NCBI RefSeq assembly: GCF_006345805.1
Contig: NC_043000.1
Coordinates: 118,048,001-118,112,000, forward strand
Direction: 5' to 3'
DNA length: 64,000 bases
DNA from: Octopus sinensis
Taxonomy: Eukaryota
Shown: positions 1 through 12,857 of the stretch, piece by piece
How the letters are laid out: each line of letters starts with the position of its first letter
Numbering within the stretch: position 1 is the stretch's first letter
Notes under the pieces: generated by a model
Seen by the model: only the letters and a program-made list of their open reading frames with translations
Told to the model about the DNA's origin: nothing
Databases searched by the model: none
Position numbers and translations under genes: made by a program

Positions 1-53
1 ATCGTAAGCTCAACGCTCTAACCACTGAGCCATGCGCCTTCACTACTCAATGG

Positions 54-93
<40 letters not shown>

Positions 94-149
94 TTATATA
101 TATATAATATATAAGTATATATATATAGATATATATATATATATATATA

Positions 150-475
150 ATAAATATTAGGGAATAAATCCAAATTTACAGGGAAAAAAATCAGATTAGG
201 AATTAATCGATTTTATAGTAAAATATTATAAAATATTATTCGAGACAAAACCACTATTTGCAAAACAAACAAGGAAAGACTTAATTAATACATAAAATTT
301 TAATAAATAGTCAAAAAAACGCCACTACAATCGTTTCTTGTCTTGATCGACAATCTTCAGGTGGACTTCCAATAATTCAGTGTCAAGGCGGTTTTTTTGA
401 CTATTTATTAAAATTTTATGTATTAATTAAGTCTTTCCTTGTTTGTTTTGCAAAATAGTGGTTTTGTCTCGAATA

Positions 476-485
<10 letters not shown>
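150..485 (-). mobile_element. Penelope-like (pseudo-LTR-type) repeat with ~97-bp fold-back arms, flanked by (TA)n
   Basis: Arms 227-323 and 387-485 are reverse complements with two 1-nt indels. The spacer contains a hammerhead motif. The PLE class is inferred from the hammerhead and the inverted end. Confidence 0.55.
322..364 (-). ncRNA. Minimal type I hammerhead ribozyme motif
   Basis: Minus strand reads CCAC-CTGAAGA-TTGTC-GATCAA-GACAA-GAAAC-GATT-GTA-GTGG: stem I CCAC/GTGG, stem II TTGTC/GACAA, core CUGANGA and GAAA, GUA triplet. The 10.1:11.1 pair is U-A rather than the usual G-C. Confidence 0.65.
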
Positions 486-519
<34 letters not shown>

Positions 520-684
520 GCTCTTGGGCAAAGTACTTCATTTCATATTGCTCCAGTCCGCTCAGCTGGCAAAAAGGAGGAATTCTGCGGCGGACTGGCA
601 CCACATCCAGGCGGGGAATATATATGCCATGGATACTGGGAAACCGCACCTATGTGTCTATATGACTCGGGAAGGAAGTTTAAT

Positions 685-1045
685 TTACTCTTTTATTTGT
701 TTCAGTCATGTGACTGTGGCCATGCTGGAGCACCGCCTTTAGTCGAGCAAATCGACCCCAGGACTTATTCTTTGTAAGCCTAATAGGCTAAGTTACGGGG
801 ACGTAAACACACCAGCATCGATTGTCAAGCGATGTTGGGGGGACAAACACAGACGCACATACATATACACACACATGATATATATATATATACATATATA
901 CGACGAGCTTCTTTCAGTTTCTGTCTACCAAATCCACTCGAGGCTATAGTAGAAGACACTTGCCCAAGGTGCCACGCAGTGGGACTGAACCCGGAACCAT
1001 GTGATTCGTAAGCAGTTTACTTACCACACGCCCACTCCAACGCCT
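685..1045 (-). mobile_element. tRNA-derived SINE family A (CORE-like centre, internal microsatellite)
   Basis: Shares ttgggcaagtgtcttc, gtagacggaaactgaaagaagc and the ggtgctccagcatggcc tail with more than 10 other copies in the window. Confidence 0.9.
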
Positions 1046-1692
1046 TTGTATTTGTATTTTGTATAGTCTTTACTCTTTGGTTTAAACTTCGAACTTACTA
1101 ACCCGTCTCAGCTGAGTTTAATCTAGAAAGGATTGTCTCCTCTATGATATCTGTTCACTAGGGACATACCAGTTGTATCATAAATCGACTTATCTGGAAA
1201 TTTTCCAGATAATTTTTCAGAGAAAAAAGTAAATAGAAAAGATTGAAATGATAGATTTCAAGAGAAAAGTAAGTAGTTAGATAGTATTAGTTACACAGGG
1301 ATATTTATGAGAGAAAATAGAGAAACAAGATGCGTATTTTAATAACAAATACGCGGATTATAAAAACAAAAACTAAACAACAAAAAATATTTCATTATGA
1401 CATTTGGCAAATATCCATATCGCGGTTTCTAATCTTAGATTAGACAGTGAGATTCTGAGTAGTTAATGAGTAAATTTGCATTACTAAGAAAATATGCAGG
1501 AGATTACTAAGAATAGATGCAGCAGATTTCAAAATAAAATTGTTATATAATCATTCACGATTAACACCCACCAATGCAGGTGTTTAATGAACCCAGCAAT
1601 TAACTGGTGTCAAATGTAATCATAAAGATGTATATAATTTAGTGTAAACATAATATAAATTCGAGTCCATGGGTATCTTTTCATAGCATATG

Positions 1693-1724
<32 letters not shown>

Positions 1725-1997
1725 GATGGGAGAATGAATTATCCTATGTTTACCGTCTACATGGAAACATTGATGAACCGATACCAGGGTAGCAAATTCA
1801 CGTCAGAAACACGGTTGAAGTGACCTATCCAAAGGTAGAAACTCCGGGTTCATGTGCATAAATTTGTGTGTTATATATGAATAAATAAATAAATGGAGCT
1901 GAACAAAGATGTTAAAAAATTCCTTTACTTTCGACATATGTTTCGAAGACAACATGGTTTTATTACAAAGGAATAAACGTGTGTAAGATGCAATCTT
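1725..1997 (-). mobile_element. Truncated PLE-like repeat (family 2) between (TA)n tracts, with half a hammerhead
   Basis: Similar to 3925-4060. Minus strand 1948-1928 reads CTTC-GAAAC-ATAT-GTC-GAAAG. The CUGANGA half is lost at the (TA)n junction. Confidence 0.5.
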
Positions 1998-2164
1998 ATA
2001 TATATATAATATATCTATAATATATAATATATCATATATATATATCTATATATATATATATATATATATATATGTAAATATATATATATAATATTAAAAA
2101 TATATATATAATATATAATATATATATTATAATATTATAAATCTATATATATATATAAATATAT

Positions 2165-2195
<31 letters not shown>

Positions 2196-2409
2196 AATAT
2201 AAATATATATATATATATTAAATATAAATAAATATATATATATATATGAATATATATATATATATATGATAATATATATATATGAATATATATATATATA
2301 TATATGAATATATTATATATATATGAATATATATATATATATATGAATATATATATATATGAATATATATATATATATATAATATATATGAATATTATAT
2401 ATATATATA

Positions 2410-2455
<46 letters not shown>
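1998..2455. repeat. (TA)n compound microsatellite
   Basis: Direct inspection. Confidence 0.95.
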
Positions 2456-2459
<4 letters not shown>

Positions 2460-3609
2460 GGGATTATACCTCCAAACTTACAGGGAAAATTCGATTTAGT
2501 ATTAAATCAAATTTCACAGTATAAATATTGAATTTAAACTTAATTGTAATTCGAATTTAATTATAGCCATGAAACGTACGTAGTGTTTTTACTTATTATA
2601 TTATATTTATCATTCATTTTATACTTTTTGAAGGAGAAAAAAAAATATATTATATATTATATTAATTATATTTATATTTGTTATTTATGTATTGGTTTAC
2701 GTCTATCACTGTTTGAGTTGCATAATAGTGGTTTTATCTCTAATTCATATATATATTATATATAATATATATATATACATCAACTGGTCTTGCAGACGTT
2801 TGATACGTTCAAGTTAATCAAACACGCTTATAAATTAGTGAGAAGTAAAAGCATTTAATAATCAAAATTTTCGAGCTTGCGTGACACTTTGTTGACGGAT
2901 GGAATCTATTTTAGAACTCAAAAATTTGGAAAACATGGCACTATAATATATCCTTATATGATGTTCGTATTTCACTGACATCAAATCTCGTGTCATATAT
3001 ATATATATATATATATATATAAATCTCGTGTCATATATATATATAATATATAATATATAATATTATATATATATATTATATATATATATTACTCTAGCCA
3101 GTAAATTAACTGCTGTAGTTTATTAGCTGCAGAGTAATTTCCGATCTCAGCGCGCCAAAGTGAAGGCATTTGAAAGATACATATAAATATATTTTGTGGA
3201 GCTTTATACATGCTGGATTTCGGTCGAGCGCCCTGTATCTAGTTCTAGAAATTGTATTTCGTAAACGACAGACTATGCTGACGATCTTGCAGATGTTTAC
3301 GTTCCATATACGTAAATATTAACAGGTGAAACTAATTAGTACATTGGTAATCGTTTTTTATTTCGTATATTTTCATTTGTCTTGCTTATTTTTACACTTT
3401 GGTTTTTTGCTGAATTTTTTCTTCAGAAGACCTTCTTCGTGGTAAATGGCGAGTTTGACGTCAATTTCTAGCATGCAGGCTGTCCACTATTAGTGGTCGT
3501 TTCTCTAAATTTTGTATGTATAAAATTTTAAATCTTCGGATTTTTAAAAATATGCTAGGCCTCTGATTTTAATTGATTAATATCAATTTCTTCCCTTATT
3601 TAATTTAAA

Positions 3610-3930
3610 ATTATATATATATATATACATATACATATACATATATATATATATACATATATATATACATATATATATACATACATATATATACATATAT
3701 ATATATATTCATATTTATGCATATATATATATACACATATATATATACATATATATATAAGTATATATACATATATATATATGTATGATATATATACATA
3801 TATATATGCATATATGTATATATACATATATATATGCATATATATATATATGTATATATACATATATACATATGTATTATATATATATATAATATATATT
3901 ATATATATATATATATATTCATATATATAA
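3610..3930. repeat. (TA)n/(TACA)n compound microsatellite
   Basis: Direct inspection. Confidence 0.95.
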
Positions 3931-3974
3931 ATAAATAAATGGAGTTTAATGCAGGTATAATTCAAATACTTTTA

Positions 3975-4060
3975 CTTCCGTCACATGTTTCGAAGGTATC
4001 ACTGATATTATTCTAAAGGAATAAATGGTGTAAAACAATGTAATCTTCTCTTCAGGGAAG
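3975..4060 (-). ncRNA. Type I hammerhead motif with long stem II insert and mutated cleavage triplet
   Basis: Minus strand CTTCC-CTGAAGA-GAAG-(~50 nt)-CTTC-GAAAC-ATGT-GAC-GGAAG. Stem I is a perfect 5 bp and G10.1-C11.1 is present. The triplet is GAC instead of GUC, whereas the sibling at 1928-1948 has GTC. Confidence 0.5.
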
Positions 4061-4352
4061 TGAAGAAATGAAACTCGTCAATAAGACAAATGATGGGTAT
4101 GTATGGTGATTTACTGAACGCTATAAATATTGTTTGAAACGCTGGCCGCGGCCTTCGGGCTAAAACATTTTTAAGGATTTAAGGATATTATTTATCCTAT
4201 GTAAGTACTTTCCCTGTTATACATTAGTTGCAAATCCGAAATTGACAGCTTAAAACACAATAAATATATATACTCTGATTCTTAGATAAAAACAACGAAA
4301 AGTTGCTTCCAAGATTTGTGTTGTTTGTTCATTCTCGAGCTATGCCTGTTTT

Positions 4353-4615
4353 ATAAGGGCCGGTTTCTCGGTTTCATTAGTGTATAGGATTCCCACCTGG
4401 ACGGGACGCCGGTCCGTCGCAGGTGAGTTGCTAGATGCAGGAGTAAAGAAAGTTGTGGTGAAAGGGTTAGCAGAAGTTCGCCGCTTCCTTCTACCGGAGC
4501 CACCTGGAGCTTAGGTGTTTCGCTCATAAACACACACATCGCCTGGTCTGATATTCGAACCCGCGTTCCTTCAGCTACGTTCCGCTGCTCTAACCACTAG
4601 GCCATGTGCTTCCAC
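4353..4615 (-). mobile_element. tRNA-derived SINE related to family C, with a different (V-domain-like) tail
   Basis: tRNA-like head at 4615 and family C body, followed by a tail containing tgcgacggaccggcgtcccgtccagg. Confidence 0.7.
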
Positions 4616-6163
4616 AAGATTTGTACGGATGTAAATGAAGACCTTATAGCTATGAGTCGAAATAAGATTCTGTGGCTCTCAACACTCCCCCGCCACCATT
4701 GTATATACGAAATTACACACCAATATTATGATGTTATTTTGTTTTCAGGAAAGAATTCACTGGAATGGTTTCTTCCTATTTTTATAATGTTTTGTTTGGG
4801 AAATAAGTTCATGTTACACATGAACTTATAATTCTGCAAACAAGACGAAGACTATGTGAATTTAAGGAGTTTTTTCGTTTTCGTTAGTGACGCCATCAAA
4901 GAGACACAATTCTAAACGAAAGCCTTGATATAGTCATAGACACGGTTCCCCACATAGTTCTTGCCATCCTAGATAATTTCAAGAAATTACAACAACTACT
5001 TAAATTCAATACTGTTGCAGCAAAAACAAAAAAAACTGGGAATATGAAACGGACGACGTGAAGATAATATATTCCACAGCTCCTTTTCTGACTAAGAAAG
5101 AAAATGAGAAAATTCATTTTGTCATCATATTATTTATTTATTACTGTATTTCCTCTAACATACATTAGAACAATCAAATGCATTTATCAAATAATTGTAA
5201 CATCGTAACTGGGTTTCCAGTTCCATTCATCGAGAATATACCAGTTTGCAATTTAGATGACTAAGCAATCTGTATAAATATACATCATAGCTATTTGCTA
5301 TGTAGAGTGCATACAGGGCGCATCAAAAGCTGGTGACATTTTTATCATTTCTAAAATTTTTCTCTTGAAATCTCAAATTTTCTACTAGAAGCAAGTAAAA
5401 TGCTTGCATACTCAGCATTAGCTTATGAAAATATGATATTTAACTCTAAAGTACACATTCTAAAATAAATATTTAAATAAAGCGGTTCATACTTATCTTC
5501 AGTAAGGCAAAACTGTTACAAATACGTATAATTTGCAATGTATACATTTTTTTTTTATCACGATGCAATTTAAAACATATTGTTGGACTGCACAGAAAAA
5601 TAAAATAGGAATTAATGAATTCTTATTTGTCCACTTGGTTAGAATATTTATTCGAACTGCATCTCAAACTAACTTGGACATATGCCATTCACACTTACCT
5701 TACATCACTGGAGAAAATACGACAATGTTGAGCACTTTAAAATATTAATGTAGGATGATATTTCCTTTTTTTTACAATATTTTACTCAAAACTCTTTTTT
5801 CAATATCATTATACATGTACACATACACACACATACATACATACATACACACACACATACATACATACATACATACATACATACATACATACATACATAC
5901 ATACATACATACATACATACATACATACATACATACGTGCTGGACTGCTGAACTCTACACGTTTTTTATTTTTATCATTCTGTATTTTTTTTCATTCTCT
6001 CTCTATTTATTTTCTCTTGTTCCTTTCTGTCGAAGAGCGTAGGCTCGAAGCGAAAACTTTTCCATTTTTCTGGCGCGTCAAACTAATACACTTGCTTGTT
6101 CTAACACCAGTCTTCGTCTTTTGTTTTTATATAAATTTGAACTATATATGTGTGTATGTGTGT

Positions 6164-6221
<58 letters not shown>

Positions 6222-7046
6222 ATACATATATGTGTAAGTATAAAATGAGCTAAGAGAAATAGCTTAGAGTTGCCAGTGATGCATTTGGACATAAAGGTAT
6301 TTGAAATATTATATAGAATAAAAAATTTTTTATTGAAGCCAGCTTCTTTTCGAGAGTAAGTAAACAAACACTTAGCGGTAATTGCAAACAATTCCGAAAG
6401 AGTAGGAGGAGAGATAACCTTCATATTGTGCCTCTGTTGTTTGGTGACAGGGGATCAATGATTCAATGAACTGAATTACTTGTTCCTAAATTAACGTGTG
6501 CTGGATTATTCTACAGACATAGATACTCTTAACGTAATACTCAGGTAGAATCAACACTACACAGTGTATAACAAGGCTGTACTTCTTAATTGTGACTACA
6601 ATCCACCAAACTGGCTTCTCTACAGTTTCCATCTTACCATTTTCACGCACAACATATAAGGCGACTCGGGGCTCCAGAACGTTACGATTTCCTCAAGGTG
6701 CCACGCACTGGAATCGAACCTGAGACTTCGTGAATGCAAAGCAAGCTTCTTCACTATAGTACCTCTACTATTTCCTATATACTGGTTTCAAAATTTGTCC
6801 CAAGAATAACAATTTTGTGGGAGGTGGTGCGTCGATTACATCGACCCCAGTGTTCGACTGGTACTTTATCGACCCCTATGCTCAACTGGTAATTGTGTTA
6901 TCGAACCTTATGTTCAGCTGGTATATATTTTATCGATTCCGAAAGAACGAAACGCAAAATCGACTTCGGTCGAATCTGAACTGAGCATTTTGCCAGGCAT
7001 ACAAACGATTCTGCCAGCTCGCCGCCTTATATTTCCTATATGTTAT

Positions 7047-7946
7047 ATAAGTTGTCTGATCAATAAGTATCCGGACTGTTGCCATAGAAACGAAGCTAAA
7101 GCACACAAGGTGAAACCGCACAGTAAAGATTGATCCTGATCTCTACTGTGCATGCGCACTAAGTTTTAATGTTCTAGCTTACTTCAACTGTTTACAGCAG
7201 GGCTTAGAAGGAAGGTGTGTAGCGTGTGATCGTCGCATTGTCCATGACAAAGAAAGCTGAGCTGAGAACCTGCATTAAATTTTGTCAAAAGCTTGGCGAA
7301 ACCTGCTCGGAGGCCTATTCAAAGTTTTCAAAAAAGTTTCCATCGTTCTCGACACAATCAAGGAGATCTTGTGCAACTGAAACCCGAGTGTCTTTTTGGT
7401 CAGCTGAAAGCAGTTTTGGCACAAACTTGGCAGACACGCGTCTCATACCCAAATTTTCAGTGATAATGGACTGAGCTGAACCGTAACTAATCTGCACATC
7501 CTCTGACAACTCACGGGTGCTGATTCGACGATTTTCCCTCACGATTTTCCCTCACATTTGTGATGTTTTTCTCAGTTCTGCTGGTTGCGTGTCTCCCACA
7601 ATGTTCATCAATATCGACATTTTTTTGGCCATCTTGGAAACGTCTGAACCACTCGTACATTTGTGTGCGACTCGTACACTTCTCTCTATACACCTTCTGC
7701 AACTCTGCATAGGTCTCTGGGCAGGTATTGCCATGACAACTTTCTCTGTCACGGTCAACGCGACGATCACACACTACACACCTTCCTTCAAGCATTGCTG
7801 TAAACAACGGAAGTAAGCTAGAAGTTAAAACTTAGTGCTCATGCCCAGCAGATTTCAAGATCAGTTTGTGCCAAGCGGTTTTCCTCTGCGTGCTTTAGCT
7901 TTGTCACAACAGAAACAGTCCGGATACTTATTGATCAGACCTCCTA
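7047..7946. mobile_element. Mariner derivative built from two 5' ends in inverted orientation
   Basis: TA-flanked TIR tctgatcaataagtatccggactgtt at both ends. Left arm encodes AELRTCIKFCQKLGETCSEAY. The right (minus) copy encodes AELQKVYREKCTSRTQMYEWFRRFQDG and RRISTRELSEDVQISYGSAQSIITENLGMRRVSAKFVPKLL (mariner HTH and the motif usually read as WVPH), broken by frameshifts. Confidence 0.88.
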
Positions 7947-9155
7947 TAAAAACTATTTTTCCTTGACTTGGTTGTATCGAATGAAGTGTCGGAATGATGG
8001 AAGACATAATTGACCGCAATGTTATTTGAAAGATCTGCATGAAACATTAAGAAAGAAAACTTTCAAACATTTAGAAACCCGCTGGGACTCCAACTGTGAC
8101 GTTATTACTACATATAAATTCACAAGCTAATCATAATTCGAAGACCACGCTGTTTATGTTCTTTTACTGCAATATTTCGATGTGGTTGCGCTATATTCAT
8201 GAATTATACTCTTTGGTGGCAAGAAGTCCGCTCTTCTGTTACGGCTATGGCCAGACAGTTTGTTAGTATTATGACCTCTAATTTTGGAGATTAATAGCGG
8301 ATTAGTAGAGTCGTTAGAGCGTTGAAAAAATAATTTGCTGTATTTATTCCAGCTCTTTACGTTCTAAGTTCAATTCTCGCCGAGGTCAACTATAACTTCC
8401 TTCTTTTTGGAGAATATCAATCAAAGTGATGGGGGCGATGGTACGGACTAATTTCTTGCCACCAAAATTGCGGGCTTGCACCGAAATCAGAAATAATTAT
8501 TTTGGTAATTAATATTACTGCAATTAAGGCGCTGTGCTGGCAGAATCGTTAGCACGCCAGACAAAATGCTTTGCGGCATTTCTTTCGTCTTTGCGTTCAA
8601 AGTTCAAACTCCATCGAGGTTAACTTTGCCTTTCATCCTTTTGGGGTCGATAAATTAAGTATCAGTTGACCACTGGGGTCGATGTAATCGACACATACCC
8701 TTCCCCGACATTGCTGGCCCTGTACCAAAATTTTAAACCGATATTATTTCTGAAATCATTATTACACCCTGACGAAGTATAAACTTCAGTGTGTGTGTGT
8801 GTGTGTGTGTGTGCCTATGCATACATTCATGTACGTATGTATGAATGTGTGTATGTATGCATGTGTGTATGTATATATGTGTGTATGCATATGTATATAT
8901 GTATGTATGTGTGTGCGTACATACATACATACAGATGCACAAACATACATACATATATACATATGCATACACACAAATATATACATGCACACACATGCAT
9001 ACATACACACATGCATACATACGTACAGGCATAGGCACACACACACACACACATGCGCACAAACAAACAAAAAGGAACGCAGTGTAAATATCGGATAGAG
9101 TCAAGACTTTTGAAAAGGTTGCAAAACGCAACGAAAATTTTAGATAATAAGAGAT

Positions 9156-9290
9156 AAGTGGAAATTTTACCGGTGAGTGAGTTAAATTATAAGACACAAA
9201 AAGAAAATGACTCTCCCCAGACACAACAGAATATGCTTCAACACACGAACTCATATAAAGAATCTTGCAAACCAAATCCCAAAGCGAAAA
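9156..9290 (+). mobile_element. Unclassified short interspersed repeat family D
   Basis: aagtggaaattttaccggtgag...gactctccccagacacaacagaatatgcttcaacacacgaactc recurs at 36540 and 51192. Confidence 0.8.
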
Positions 9291-9329
9291 ATAATAATAA
9301 TAGTAATAATAATAATAATAATAATAATC

Positions 9330-9361
<32 letters not shown>

Positions 9362-9362
<1 letters not shown>

Positions 9363-9753
9363 GGCGCAGGAGTGGCTGTGTGGTAAGTAGCTTGCTAACC
9401 AACCACACGGTTGCGGGTTCAGTCCCACTGCGTGGCATCTTGGGCAAGTGTCTTCTGCTATAGCCCCGGGCCGACCAATGCCTTGTGAGTGGATTTGGTA
9501 GACGGAAATGAAAGAAGCCTGTCGTATAATATATATATAATATATATATATTATATATATATAATATATATGTGTGTGTGGGTGTCTGTGTTTGTCCCCC
9601 TAGCATTGCTTGACAACCGATGCCGGTGTGTTTACGTCCCCGTCACTTAGCGGTTCGGCAAAAAGAGACCGATAGAATAAGTACTAAAAGGTGGTGCTCC
9701 AGCATGGCCGCAGTCAAATGACTGAAACAAGTAAAAGAGTAAAGAGTAAAGAG
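9362..9753 (+). mobile_element. SINE family A, near full length
   Basis: Head aggcgcaggagtggctgtgtggtaag, B-box-like gggttcagtccc, CORE-like segment, (TA)/(TG) middle and (gagtaaa)n tail. Confidence 0.92.
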
Positions 9754-9952
9754 AATAATAATGATAATGATAATGATTATACTACTACTACTACTAAATA
9801 ATAATAATAATAATATTAATAATAATAATAATAATGATAATAATAATAATAATAATGATAAAAATAATAACAACAACAATAATAATGATAATAAAAATAA
9901 TGATGAAGATCATCATCATAATAATACTAATGATAAAATAATAACAACAACA

Positions 9953-10022
<70 letters not shown>

Positions 10023-10080
10023 TACAGTGATAACAGCAACAACAGCAACAACAATAATAATGATAATGATAAAAAAATTA
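9754..10080. repeat. (AAT)n-type trinucleotide microsatellite
   Basis: Direct inspection. Confidence 0.95.
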
Positions 10081-10814
10081 ATAATAATAATATGTACTAG
10101 TAATATCGTCATAGGGAACCTTAAATCTGTGGCTGCCATGAATGCAAATATGAGATAATTTCTACCATATGCTGTCTATCAATGAAATCTATAGTTTCAT
10201 CTAATCTATTTTCTCTCACCTTCCCGCTGACTTATTTGAACGAGTTATTCGATATGGTCACACTGAAGATATGTAAACCCAAAACGCGCTTACATATATA
10301 CATGTACACGTGTGTGTCATTATAATCTATAATTATATTTAGCTGTAAATAATATAGAATGGCATATACATATGAATATAAATACGTGTGTGGTGTATGT
10401 GTGTGTGTGTATGCCCCCATCTGTGTATGTGTATAGGTGGTATATATCGTATATATATATGAGTATTTGATTTGTGTAAGTATAAGGAAATAAAAATGTT
10501 CCCCCGGTGAATTGTTTTGGTTCTGTATCCAATTGCGCTTAGAACACCCACTGCAGAGGATGCAAAATACCGCAATGGTTAAACGTACGTAAGCAAAAAA
10601 AGAAAAAAAGGATATAAAATGCATCGTGTGTTTATCATAATTTTTCCTATATGTATGATCGTATGTATGAATATATATATAAGTAACAAGTAAAAGAGTC
10701 AAAAGTACGGCTAAGCAACTTTTTAATCACTAAGGATGAACGAGCTCTATTTGTACTCTTACACGTTCTTAATAGAACACATCTCAACTATATATATACA
10801 TATATATATATATA

Positions 10815-11249
10815 CTAGCAGTATAGCCCGGCGTTGGTCGGGTTTGTTTTTTAGTTGCGCTTAAAACGGCAGACATTGATGTTGCATTAACAAAGTTTTG
10901 ACATAGTTTCAATCTTTTTTGAAAAATAAAAATTTTGCATTATGTAGCTTGTTATTCTCTTTAAGTGAACATTTTTCTGGTTGAAATACACCGAAAAAAG
11001 GTGACACAGCAGTAAAAAAATCGTAAAAAATAGGGATTTTCATAGAAAAAAAGCACCTTTTTGATGTAAATAATTCTTGGTGTTAACATGGTCCGATTTG
11101 AATTTTTTCTTCTACGGAATAAAGAGCAAGCCTTCTTCTATCATAATCTCAATTTTGGTCAACTTGCGCCGCAGGGTCTCGGAGGAGATAATGTTAGTTG
11201 AAGGCTACCAAACCTGCCACACCACACACACACATATATACATATATAT

Positions 11250-11331
<82 letters not shown>
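10815..11331 (-). mobile_element. Non-autonomous Helitron
   Basis: Minus strand ends in the hairpin cccgaccaacgccggg followed by tactgCTAG|t. A probable 5' TC lies at 11331-11330, next to (TA)n/(CA)n. Confidence 0.75.
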
Positions 11332-12377
11332 TATATATATATACAGTGCGGCTGCATACATAAAGCGGTCAAACTTAGTGAGAAATCAATGAGCAGGTAT
11401 ATAGATAGATAATTTGACAATGTGACAGAACATAAGACAGAGAAAAAGAAAAGAAAGAAATAAAGGAATTGAACAAGGAAACTAAGATCAATGAAATTTT
11501 GATACCTAGCTCAGCAAATATGAATGATGGCGCCTTGATGAAAATTGTTCGAACATGGGAGACAGAAATGAAGTATACTGTTTGCATGAATCTTTCTCAA
11601 AATCTTTGCATTTAATAAAAATATAATTGGTTATTTCTTCATCTAACTCTTTCTTTAGTTCTTTGACTTATTCTACCATTTCCTCACTATCCCCATGCCA
11701 TTTCCTTATTGTTTATACTTCAATTTCTTTGTCTGTACCAGGTCTCTCTCTCTCTCTCTTTCTTCTTTTCCTTCTCTCTCTCTCAATGTTTCTACGGCAA
11801 TGTTAACAATCATACGACAATAACACAGTGATACACAAAGCAAAGTGAGAAATAATCTAGTAACGACGAAATGTTTATTGCATAACTCAACTTATTTGTG
11901 TTAATTGATGAGTGGTAACTAATGAGAAATATATATATGTGTGTGCGCACGCACACAAACAAGCACAAGCACACACACACACACACATATGGTGAACACG
12001 GTTCGTGACTGAGTAAGACCATTTCCTAGATCCATTTGACTCTAAGAAACATCACAAACTTGGTCTCCTCGCCGCTGATGACGTTTCATATGGCTTCTAA
12101 GGCCTGCAAGGAACTTGAAAGGGACATACAAGTCGTTCCATAGGGGCCAGTAGCAACTCGACCACCTGAATGTCGAGACTTACGAAGCTGAGTCCACTGG
12201 CCGGCCCAAACACTCTTCTAATACACAAGGTCCGCGGTCGACTTTGCCTTTCATCCTTTCGGGGTCGATTAAATAAGTACTAGTTACGCACTGGGGTCGA
12301 TATAATCGACTTAATCCATTTGTCTGTCCTTGTTTGTTCTCTCTGTGTTTATCCCCTTGTTGGTAGTAAAGAAATAG

Positions 12378-12855
12378 ATGATCATACTGGATATTCTATT
12401 AGCAGACGGAGGTGTCTCCGTGACCACGCTTATGGTTGAATACACCCGCCTTTGCGAAGCAGACACGATTACACTGGTCTCACAGAAGAGGCCCTTCGTG
12501 CCCTTCACAGGAATAAGATTCCCATCCTCCATGTATTCACCAGCTCATTCACAACTCAGTGTATGCAACCCAATAGTTCTGTAATTACTTCTCTATAGCT
12601 CCCTATCTGATGCAAGATTGTCCCAGGTGTTAGCATCCATATTATCGTTTTAAATGTGCTTTTCATATTGTATTTCAAAGTTTGTGTAGCTTCAACAGGG
12701 GATGTTTGCTTACTTCACCTCACCATCAGGGCTTGTTTTGGCATGCGGTTGTCTTCTGGTGCTCGTCGTAACCAAGTTACCCTCTCCCTCGAACTTGATG
12801 TCCATGTTAAAGTTTGAGATCAATAATTCATTACCAAGAATAGCATTTAGTAAAT
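12378..12855 (-). mobile_element. RTE-type LINE 3' fragment (decayed)
   Basis: Frameshifted translation resembles the RTE C-terminus: EGNLVTTSTRRQ, NMDANTWDNLASDREL, CDQCNRVCFAKAGVFNHKRGH. Confidence 0.7.
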
Positions 12856-12857
12856 AT

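Noticed and set aside
12070-12110. ctgatgacgtttcatatggc as a hammerhead
   Set aside because: The boxes are in the wrong order and orientation, and no second catalytic box follows a plausible stem II.
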